Shown one piece after another: positions 55,395-64,000 of a DNA stretch of 64,000 nt. Each line of letters starts with the position of its first letter. The first letter of the stretch is position 1. The notes below the pieces were generated by a model. It saw nothing but the letters and a program-made list of their open reading frames with translations, did not search any database and was not told the origin of the DNA. Position numbers and translations under genes: made by a program. This DNA comes from Eledone cirrhosa (Eukaryota), in contig OZ024750.1 of NCBI GenBank assembly GCA_964016885.1, positions 54,250,001 to 54,314,000 on the forward strand, given 5' to 3'.

Positions 55395-55740
55395 AAAAAA
55401 AAAAAAAAATAAATAAATAAAAAAATAAAAAAATAAAATAAAAATGGCGTAGATCTTACAATACAACACAATACAATACAATACAATAGGAGGAAACATG
55501 ATAATAGTACCACTGATGATGTTGCAGATGTGCAACGAAAGAACTTTGTTAGACTATATATATATATTTATATCTGTATTTTTAACCGTTGGTCAGTCAA
55601 TGATAAACATTGATTGCTAAATAAACTAACTATGGAGATATAAAAGATACAGAAGTGAAAACCAACCAAACAGTGAGTGTGGTCTGTTATTTTTCCTGGC
55701 AATATTATTACAACAATATGACCCTCCCCAAGTATAACAA
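54498..55740 (+). mobile_element. Decayed Neptune-like Penelope element (GIY-YIG end plus inverted terminal repeat)
   Basis: Frameshifted reading SVMFVAATPGG...CTNAKCVICK...NCTTRNVVYSIRC...IGETA.SIGERI..H...IREA..I...LNRKYEW. 54498-54585 is the reverse complement of ~55650-55738. Confidence 0.8.
55508..55551 (+). ncRNA. Type I hammerhead ribozyme in the 3' region of the Neptune-like element
   Basis: TACCA-CTGATGA-t-GTTGCA/gatg/TGCAAC-GAAAG-aa-CTT|TGTTA, with one stem I mismatch. Confidence 0.7.
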
Positions 55741-55781
55741 TATATATAAATGTATATATATATAATTATGTATGTATATAT

Positions 55782-55953
55782 GAGGTTGTGAGTTCCATTC
55801 TTGGACCGGGAAAAGCGTTATGTCCTTGAGCAAGACACTTTATTTCACGTTGCTCCTTCTACCTGGAGTTGCGACCGATAGATAGTATTAGCAACGGGAA
55901 AGACCAACGGAAACATTGTTTCCTCGGTCCGATTTGACGAAAGTCGATCGATC
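55782..55953 (+). mobile_element. tRNA-derived CORE-like SINE, 5'-truncated
   Basis: Contains TGTCCTTGAGCAAGACACTTTATTTCAC. Reverse-complement match to 56890-57060; another copy at ~37192-37370. Confidence 0.75.
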
Positions 55954-56006
55954 CTTTATATATATATATGTATATATATATAATTATGTATGTATATATA
56001 TATTTC

Positions 56007-56865
56007 TAGGGTGGGTAAAATTCCCGAGATCCATGGACGAGTTCTCTCCAGTGGTCTCTGTCCCTCATTATCGCTGCCATGTCCTGCGTCTCCAACAGAC
56101 CAGTGTCTGTCTTTAGGGCATCAACATACGTTAACCTTGGTCTTCCTCTTCCAGTGTGTCCATGTAGGGGCTCCCACAGGAGCACTGAGTGCAACTCTGG
56201 ATGTCGGTGAGCATGTCCAGCTAACCTCAATCTCCTCTGTGTCACTTTTGAGCTGACTTTTGGGAGGCTCCCATACAGCACGTAGTGGACTATTGTATGC
56301 GCCTTGTACTGGAGAAACACCAGGACTCTGGCTTTACTGTAGCACCGGTTCAGAGCAGGAGAGTTAAGGCGAAAAAGGTATCGGATGCTGAATTTGCCGA
56401 CGACAGAGTTTTGGTGACAAATACAGTGAAGGAGGATTTGATGCAGAGGATTTGATGCAGGAGGTTGAGATTGTGTCGATGAGTGTGGGGCTGAGAATGA
56501 ATGAGACTAAAACAAAATATCTGGTAGAGATTTTTGAGAAGCCAGAGGAGATTACTAATGTAGGCGGGAAGCCGCTGGAATTGGTTGAGGACTTCCTGTA
56601 TTTGGGAGCAAAGATTGGGAATACAGAAGATGATGTGGTTGAGAGGAAGAGCAAAGCTTGAGCGGCGTACCACAGCTTGAGATCGGTGTGGAAGTCGGAC
56701 CTTTGTAAAGACCTGAAAATCCGCCTCTTCATTGCTGTGGAGTCTGTGTTGTTGTACGGGTCTGAGACTTGGACACTGACCAAGAAACTCACTCAGATGG
56801 TGGATGGGTGCTACACGAGAATGCTGAGGATGGCTCTGAACATTAATCAGTATACACTGAGGATG
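56007..56865. mobile_element. RTE/RTEX-like LINE fragment with a 5' inversion
   Basis: The plus-strand part 56340-56865 encodes FADD...LLYGSETWTL...RMLRMALNI. The minus-strand part 56007-56290 encodes the continuation LYGSLPKVS...RRLRLAGH...GRGRP. Confidence 0.8.
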
Positions 56866-56889
56866 TATATATATATTTATATATATATA

Positions 56890-57102
56890 TCAATCGACTT
56901 TCGTTAAATCGGACCGAGGAAACAATGTTTCCGTCGGTCTTTCCAGTTGCTAGTACTATCTATCGGCCGCAACTCCAGGTAGAAGGAGCAACGTGAAATA
57001 AAGTGTCTTGCTCAAAGACATAACGTATCGCCCGGTCCGGGAATCGAACTTACAACCTCAAGACTGCGAATCCAATTCTCTAACCACTCAGCCACACGCC
57101 TT

Positions 57103-57104
<2 letters not shown>
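56890..57104 (-). mobile_element. Full-length tRNA-derived CORE-like SINE
   Basis: Reverse complement has A box TGGCTGAGTGG, B box GTTCGATTCC and a CORE-like TGTCTTTGAGCAAGACACTT. Confidence 0.82.
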
Positions 57105-57182
<78 letters not shown>

Positions 57183-57270
57183 ATATATATATATATAATT
57201 ATGTATATATATATATATATATATGTATGTATGAAATATAAGAATCAAAGAACTGTTCAAAACATTATTG

Positions 57271-57317
57271 TGCTTACAGCTGTTTCCTCCAAACCGAGGT
57301 TTGGATTCTTCGGAGCA
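57271..57317 (-). ncRNA. Type I hammerhead ribozyme (3' terminal repeat, sense with the ORF)
   Basis: Reverse complement TGCT-CCGAAGA-aTCCAAACC/tc/GGTTTGGAg-GAAAC-agct-GTA|AGCA; palindromic stem III ACAGCTGT. Confidence 0.85.
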
Positions 57318-58757
57318 ATTTATTAATGCATGGACAGTTATATGACCTCCTTTTCAGCCGAGAGACATACCAACACATATTCAAACATTGATACATATTC
57401 AAAGATTGTGGGTCAACATTCATTACAGAATTTAGAGTGGCAGTACACACTTCGAGATTACATTTATATTAATAGGTACAATCAGAAATCAAAGATATAG
57501 GTTAAAGTACAACATGAAGATAAGTGGTTATATAGTGCAAATGTTATATGTGTGGCACGCATGTGCGTCTTGTTTATATAGTGTGGCAGAGAGATATGTG
57601 TGGTAGAGGCACTTAGGTAGGTAAATAAGAGTGTTAGGTTGGTAGATCTGGTGGCAAAATCTTTATATGATTGATATAGTCCGTGTGTGGAGAAATATTA
57701 TAAGCATTAAAGATAGTGCAAGCATTAAAAGTGTTATAAGTATTGGAGATGCACAGCGCAGGGATGTCAAGTAATTCATGTACTTCGTCATTTTCATGGT
57801 CAAGGGAGTGTATATTTCGATTATATGCCTTTCACATAATCCACGAGAATCCAGTTAGAGATCGTAGTCTGGTGTTCTTTAGTTCGATACAGGAGGTTGT
57901 TACGTTTCGAGAAACGCCATTGAATACCGGAAGTGTGTGTGTGGCTAAGGGGAGTTAATGCATGCGGGGAGGTAACTCTGGGGTTTCTATATCTAGCCAT
58001 TAAAATGTGTCCCAATATAGACCCTAAATTCTATGGTGAAGTGCACCTTCCAAGAGAGACTTTTAAAGCATAAAGTGTATTAACTATAGAGTAGTTTAAC
58101 TAAGTTATGCTGAAGGTGATCATATTATTATGGTGGATTAACCCATCTTAAGGTGCTACAAATGGAAATTATAGATGATGAGCGAGGATTCTAAATTAAT
58201 GATCTCTATGGTTGTAGTCTGCTCATATGACCAGGCGCGGTGATTGCAGGATTGCTTCAGGACCCAATGATCTCTGGTAAGATCTGGGTCATCACTTGCT
58301 ACATTGGATGTCGAAAGATAATCGTCCCCAGGCAGGCCAAAAGTCAATCCGCAGTCCTCGCGACCCCTCTCTGACCGTCAGATCATCCATATACGTACAA
58401 CCCGCACGGCAGTTGCATTGCATTCACTCACTGCGCTCAGCAGCCCGGTCCTACTGGTCAACAGCGCTACTCGATTAAATCATTTTACATCTGTCTAAGG
58501 AAGGTGTTTCCTCTGCCCAACACCATCCAACCGATCAATTCATGCTCAAATTACTCTTAGAGCGGTGTAGTGCCGTTCAAGTGGGTGGATGTTGTCACAC
58601 CTGCCGTAGAGGTATAAATGGGTATTTTCCCTGCGAAGGGTTCCAGAGGGATGTCGTTGTTTGTGTTATAATGGATCAGCTAGTGTTGGGTATGTAGTAT
58701 AGGGTGTGTCTCTGGTGTTTGATGCTAGATGTGGTGTTAGGTTCCAGTCCGACATTG

Positions 58758-60974
58758 CTATATATAGGGCTTAAAGTTTTGGAAGGAATGTCTGAGGCGG
58801 TGCTGGCAAGTTGCAAACACCTCAGATTTTTTGTTAAGTAGGTTACGGTTGGAGAAGATAATATTGTGTGTCTCTAGTATACAGAGGTTACAGAATTTAT
58901 TAGGTGGTTTGTACGAGGTCGCGCTGCCTATCACTTCCCATTTGAGTGTGTATGGTTTATTTTTAGATTTTAGATAGTGTATGTAGCTAGAAAGTGAGGT
59001 GGAGTTGGCTAGGCTGTGCTTTTTGAACGAGTGGATGTGCGAGTTATATCTGATTTTGAAGCAGTTAGAAGTGGAGCCTACATAGGTTTCTGAAGAGTTA
59101 TTAGTTGTGACTGTGCATGAGTATATGACATCCTTGGTTAGGCATTTTTTATCTAAAGGGCAGGTTCTATTAGCTCTACAGTTACAATTATCCTGTGCGT
59201 TAGTCCGCTGCTTATAATGCAATGCGGAAGTCTGTGTGGTGGATATAGGATTTTGGGTGTTCGGGTTGACAACCCTGGTGTTATTACTTATACTAGTGTT
59301 ATTTCTATTGTTACTGCCGTTGCTATGGTTGCTTGCTACAGTGGTATTTAGAGGGTTTGCATCCCGTTGTGATTTTGTTTGTTGGAAGTAAGAACTAATT
59401 TTACTATTATTGCTGCTAGCTATGTGGTATGCTAAGTTAGGCGTCGTAGAGTATGAGATTTTAATGGTGTTTTTGTTTAAGAGGTTGTGGTACTTGTGTC
59501 CTAGAGGGAAGTTTTTATCTAGTAGTGAGAAGAAAGCCCTAGGTATGTTGGTGGAGACATTTAGGTTGAAAGGAGGGTTGAAAAATGTATTATTTCTTCT
59601 TCTATTTTTGCTTTTAGTGTTTGGTGTGTTGCTTCCTCCTAAGGCCCCACAGTAGTTTCCATGGTAATGGTTACATCCGGTGGCACCCTCCGCTTTGGTG
59701 TACTTGTGGTTGCTATTCCTATTATTAGATTTCCTCATGGACATGTTGTGCGAGATGATGTTGTGGCTATGTGTTTTCTTAGGTAGGAACTCAATTTCTA
59801 TATTATGGCCGGAGCTAGCTAATGCTTGATTGTAATATTGTGAGTTTTTGCTAAATATGTTTGCGTCATAGGACAGACTAGAGATTCTATTGGACACCCC
59901 CTTAGAGATAGAGTTTAATATTGATCTAGGGTGATTAGACTTGGTATCTACGTAAATAAGTTTCTCATTAGGCTTATGGAAAGGTGTATATATTTTTGAG
60001 TCTAGGTATAGTGTGGCGTCTAGGAAGTTAACATTTTTAGTGTTTTTGTCCATGGTGATACTAAGGTTAAAGTTTTTGAATGTCTTATGCAGTTGTTTTC
60101 TAGTTCTTTCTATATTAAATTTTTTATATTCTATGAGTAGAAGTGCATCATCGCGGTACAAACCACCGTTGAGGTAAGGGAGGTCTTTATGGATTTCATT
60201 GAGGAGGTATAGGCCGACCAAATCAGTGACCTGCGCCGAGTTACTAGATCCCATGGTTATGTCGAAGTTGTTGTGCGTATCCTTGCGTGTCCATAGTTGG
60301 TCCTCGAAGGTGATTATGGTTTTACGGGCCGCAAGGATGACATCAACCTGGGCTCTAGTCAGGTCGCTATTGGTCATGGCCATGATAAGTGCCTTATTTA
60401 ATAGGATAGGGGAAATAGAGGTGTAGTATGAATTGATATCAAATTGAATAAATTTTTTGTTGTTATTATTCTTGATATCCTTGAACCATTCAATTACTTC
60501 ACCCGTATTTCCCCATTGTTTAAGGTGTATCTTGTGTTTAATTTGTGGGATGATTTTATCCAAAATCTTCTTGCTGATAATACCAATGTCGGACTTGGAA
60601 GGGCAGATAAGTCTTATCGTGGGGTTGCTGATGAAGTTCTCCTTATGGTCCTTCAGAGAGAATCTAGGGGGGTTCGGAGTGAAAGGTTGTGTATGCCTCT
60701 GTAGTCCTAGTTTAGACACTATATTATAACCCTCTACATTAATATCTTCTAAGTTTTTCAAGGTGGTTTTTTTGTAGCTTTTATGTAGTTCATTATATAT
60801 AAACTTTCTATAAGTAATATAATCTAGGCTGTATATGTTATTAGTTTTATCTGCGTGTACAATAATTTTATTACTAGTTTTGAATCCATTAATAGAAGTG
60901 TTAAGTTTGTTTAAGAAGGTGTTGCTTTTAATATGGTGCTTATTGTATTTAATGTTCTTAACTAGTTTAACTAG
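58758..60974 (-). CDS. PLE reverse transcriptase + GIY-YIG endonuclease, 5'-truncated, uninterrupted 738 aa
   Basis: The frame extends 71 codons upstream of the listed ORF (…IVHADKTNNIY…). RT motifs RLICP, FDINSYY, MGS, YRDD, FLD. C-terminal CNC..CPL..CL..VIY...YVGST..FK.RY..H...CNLC..E. Ends at TAG. Confidence 0.92.
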   Translation of the reverse strand, partial: LVKLVKNIKYNKHHIKSNTFLNKLNTSINGFKTSNKIIVHADKTNNIYSLDYITYRKFIYNELHKSYKKTTLKNLEDINVEGYNIVSKLGLQRHTQPFTPNPPRFSLKDHKENFISNPTIRLICPSKSDIGIISKKILDKIIPQIKHKIHLKQWGNTGEVIEWFKDIKNNNNKKFIQFDINSYYTSISPILLNKALIMAMTNSDLTRAQVDVILAARKTIITFEDQLWTRKDTHNNFDITMGSSNSAQVTDLVGLYLLNEIHKDLPYLNGGLYRDDALLLIEYKKFNIERTRKQLHKTFKNFNLSITMDKNTKNVNFLDATLYLDSKIYTPFHKPNEKLIYVDTKSNHPRSILNSISKGVSNRISSLSYDANIFSKNSQYYNQALASSGHNIEIEFLPKKTHSHNIISHNMSMRKSNNRNSNHKYTKAEGATGCNHYHGNYCGALGGSNTPNTKSKNRRRNNTFFNPPFNLNVSTNIPRAFFSLLDKNFPLGHKYHNLLNKNTIKISYSTTPNLAYHIASSNNSKISSYFQQTKSQRDANPLNTTVASNHSNGSNNRNNTSISNNTRVVNPNTQNPISTTQTSALHYKQRTNAQDNCNCRANRTCPLDKKCLTKDVIYSCTVTTNNSSETYVGSTSNCFKIRYNSHIHSFKKHSLANSTSLSSYIHYLKSKNKPYTLKWEVIGSATSYKPPNKFCNLCILETHNIIFSNRNLLNKKSEVFATCQHRLRHSFQNFKPYI

Positions 60975-61044
60975 TGTAACTATATGTGTTGGTATGTCTC
61001 TCGGCTGAAAAGGAGGTCATATAACTGTCCATGCATTAATAAAT

Positions 61045-61091
61045 TGCTCCGAAGAATCCAAACCTCGGTTTGGAGGAAACAGCTGTAAGCA
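61045..61091 (+). ncRNA. Type I hammerhead ribozyme (inverted terminal repeat copy)
   Basis: Exact reverse complement of 57271-57317. Confidence 0.85.
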
Positions 61092-61309
61092 CAATAATGT
61101 TTTGAACAGTTCTTTGATTCTTATATTTCATATAACTGCTCTGTAAATCATCTGATGTTTTTACATTGAGCTACTTAACTTACTGGTAATAAGGTAGTAA
61201 TACATTACTGCCTACCACTATTTAGGGTGTGTGTAAAATACTTACAACTGCTTAAGGTTTTGTATTTACATAACCATAAATAGTATAACTAATACTATAT
61301 GTATGTATG

Positions 61310-61508
<199 letters not shown>

Positions 61509-61663
61509 AGTATGTATGTATACATATATATATGTACGTATCAGTTTAGCGAACGTTTATTATAACGCTCGCTTTGTCCGTTTGTAAACAAGCGAACAGC
61601 CTGATTAATGCCATACGGTGTTAAGGCAACCACGTCACCTTTTTGTTCAACACTGACACAGGA

Positions 61664-61706
61664 ACGATGTACTAGTTTTAAGCTTGTTAGCTATCATCAG
61701 CACCGT
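61664..61706 (-). ncRNA. Hammerhead copy with a G12-to-A core change
   Basis: Reverse complement ACGGTG-CTGATGA-tAGCT/aaca/AGCTt-AAAAC-ta-GTA|CATCGT. Differs from 62115-62157 at position 61679. Confidence 0.7.
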
Positions 61707-61784
61707 ATACCCTTCTGCCAGATACTACCGCTAAACTGATACGTACATATATATATGTACATATATATATGTGTACCTGTATGC

Positions 61785-61830
<46 letters not shown>

Positions 61831-62114
61831 GTACATATATATATGTGTACCTGTATGTATATATATATATATATATGCATGCTACTGTACATCTGTATAC
61901 ATATATGTATGTACGTATACATACATACTTACATTTAAGTAAGTGCCGTACTAAGAGTGAGAAATGAAATTTCGTTTCATTATATTACAACTTATCGTTT
62001 TCGGTACGCCTGGCCGACTGAACTCACTCGATATGCAAATTAGGCTGCTCAGCCGTTAATTTTCATAAGGAAAGTATATACTTTCGAACGTTCAACTATC
62101 TGGCAGAAGGGTAT

Positions 62115-62157
62115 ACGGTGCTGATGATAGCTAACAAGCTTGAAACTAGTACATCGT
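62115..62157 (+). ncRNA. Type I minimal hammerhead ribozyme, canonical core
   Basis: ACGGTG-CTGATGA-tAGCT/aaca/AGCTt-GAAAC-ta-GTA|CATCGT; palindromic stem III ACTAGT. Confidence 0.88.
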
Positions 62158-62306
62158 TCCTGTGTCAGTGTTGAACAAAAAGGTGACGTGGTTGCCTTAA
62201 CACCGTATGGCATAAATCAGGCTGTTCGCTTGTTTACAAACGGACAAAGCGAGCGTTATAATAAACGTTCGCTAAACTGATACGTACATATATATATGTG
62301 TACCTG

Positions 62307-62364
<58 letters not shown>

Positions 62365-62475
62365 TGCTACTGTACGTCTCTATACATATATGTATGTACG
62401 TATACATACATACTTACATTTAAGTAAGTGCCGTACTAAGAGTGAGAAATGAAATTTCGTTTCATTATATTACAA

Positions 62476-62548
<73 letters not shown>

Positions 62549-62600
62549 ATATATATGTATGTATATACATATATATGTATACACATAGCTTTATACAATA

Positions 62601-62944
62601 CTAGCAGAATGGCCCGGCGTTACTCGGGATTCTAAACATAGATTGGCATGTTTATCCCTCCTTTCTGAAACAGTTTCGTCGTATGTTCACCAATTGATGC
62701 AGAAGTCCAAATAAAAAGTGAAGTTTCCTTGGGTGTATAGGAAAATAATTTTCCATTAAGATTTTTCAAAAGTATGTAATGCGTTCCCTCTTTTTGTTGT
62801 TGTTGTTTTTGCTACTGTTGTGTGATAGCAGCTGTTGGTCGTACTACTAACACAATCTCGTCCTTCTTCAGCCAATCGTGTATATGCCCTTCTGCCTCGT
62901 CAGCAATGAGAACAATATTTGCTCTAGGGTTCTTATATATTTGA
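62601..62944 (-). mobile_element. Mini non-autonomous Helitron (344 bp)
   Basis: Reverse complement starts A|TCAAATATATAAG and ends CCCGAGTAACGCCGGG-ccattctg-CTAG|T. Confidence 0.72.
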
Positions 62945-63062
62945 TATATATTTATCCTTATCGAGCCTTTTGAAATAAATACGTTTGTTTATATTTTGTT
63001 TTTGTGTATGTAAATATATCTGTACACGAATATATAATTACATATATATATATAATATTAAG

Positions 63063-64000
63063 GATACTATTTATGGTTATGTATATACTAACACTTTTTA
63101 TAGTTATATATATTTTAAACCCTAAACAGTGAAGGTCAGTAATTTATTACTACCTTATTACCAGTAAGATAAATAGCTCAATGTAATCAGTTGTTCTACA
63201 GAGCAGTTATATAGAATTCACAAGAATCAATTCACTTACAATTGTTTCATCCAAAACTAGGCTTGGAGTCTTCGGAGCATTTTTCAATGTTTGTACACAT
63301 AATTGACCTCTTTTCCAACGCAAGAGACATACAGATACATATATATATATTGATGTACAGTGGAGTGACATATATTATATTATTTCTGTATAGCAATTCA
63401 AATTCAAATTCAAAATCAAAATTAAAATTAAAACAAAATTAAAATCCATTCGGCAGTTAACACAGATAATGCAAGAGGATAGTTTGTTAGTCAGATGTAG
63501 TAGTTATTGTATGCGTTAGTTACACGTGGGGCATGCACGTGTGTCTCATTTATATATGATTATTGTGTGGCAGGGTGTTACAAGTAATACAAGCACTTTA
63601 AGCGGGTAAGTAAGAGTATTATGGAGGTTGTAGTGGTAAGGTATTTTTTGTATATAATAAAAAAGTATGTGTGCAGAAAAATAAAAATAAAAAAGGAGAA
63701 GCAAAAGAAAGTTATGGTTTTCGTATCCACCCCCATTTCACATTCAGGAAATGTAATATATAGTTTATACATCCATCACATAATTAACGATGATTCTGTA
63801 TTGGATGTTTGATGCATTAAATTAAATTATTTTAGCTTATTGCGGCTCAGTGTTCTTTAATCCAATTTTATAGAGTAGGTTGTTTCTGCTGCGAGAATTT
63901 ACATCAGTTTATTATCCGGAAGTATATGTGTAATTAAGGGGAGTTAATGCGTAAGGGGAGGTAACTAGCTGATTTCCATAACTAAATTTATTGTTCTAAC
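63063..64000 (-). mobile_element. 3' end of a second, diverged Naiad-like PLE (runs off the right edge)
   Basis: 63063-63210 is homologous to the reverse complement of 61130-61290. Hammerhead at 63233. 63935-63966 matches 57946-57977. Confidence 0.75.
63233..63279 (-). ncRNA. Type I hammerhead ribozyme (Naiad-type family)
   Basis: Reverse complement TGCT-CCGAAGA-cTCCAAG/cctagt/TTTGGAt-GAAAC-aatt-GTA|AGTG; palindromic ACAATTGT. Confidence 0.78.

Larger units (their letters stand above)
57230..61297 (-). mobile_element. Penelope-like element, Naiad-like, with inverted terminal repeats, inserted in (TA)n
   Basis: RT+GIY-YIG ORF. 57230-57380 and 60982-61132 are exact 151-bp inverted repeats, each containing a hammerhead. 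Both flanks are TA microsatellite. Confidence 0.92.
61531..62480 (+). mobile_element. Small non-coding hammerhead element (non-autonomous PLE or retrozyme-like)
   Basis: Inverted arms 61531-61724 / 62097-62290 and direct repeats 61729-61995 / 62270-62480. Hammerheads in both arms; no ORF. Confidence 0.75.

Noticed and set aside
56990-57104. Possible tRNA gene (A and B boxes)
   Set aside because: It continues into a dispersed repeat body with other copies at 55782 and 37192, so it is a SINE head rather than a tRNA gene.
58758-60974. Selenoprotein-type Naiad ORF
   Set aside because: There is no in-frame TGA in the visible frame and the stop is TAG. The downstream hairpin lacks the usual apical AA of a SECIS.
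61536-61746. MITE with TIRs TACGTATCAGTTTAGCG
   Set aside because: The apparent TIRs arise from the inverted arm abutting a partial direct repeat of the hammerhead element; the larger repeat structure explains them.

Overview
AT-rich, repeat-dense animal genomic DNA. The (TA)n-rich background and the RTE/SINE repertoire suggest a cephalopod such as octopus; this is inference only. The one host gene is the 3' part of a bubblegum-family long-chain acyl-CoA synthetase (ACSBG-like): 7 phase-consistent GT-AG exons on the + strand, 9881-31510, encoding 420 aa. The first 7.5 kb is a 51-bp minisatellite, apparently intronic, with higher-order structure. Its unit is homologous to a repeat module in the 3' UTR of local RTE LINEs and SINEs, and the array is fused directly to an RTE fragment. 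The rest is RTE and CR1-clade LINE fragments, tRNA-derived SINEs, hAT/piggyBac/mariner-like MITEs and two non-autonomous Helitrons. The most notable signal is at 45.7-64 kb. There I read ten type-I hammerhead ribozyme motifs of about five sequence families, mostly in small islands between (TA)n tracts. They are associated with Penelope-like elements (PLEs): a young Naiad-like RT+GIY-YIG element with identical inverted termini, a decayed Neptune-like element, and a small non-coding, retrozyme-like hammerhead element. All calls were made by eye; no database searches or folding programs were run.
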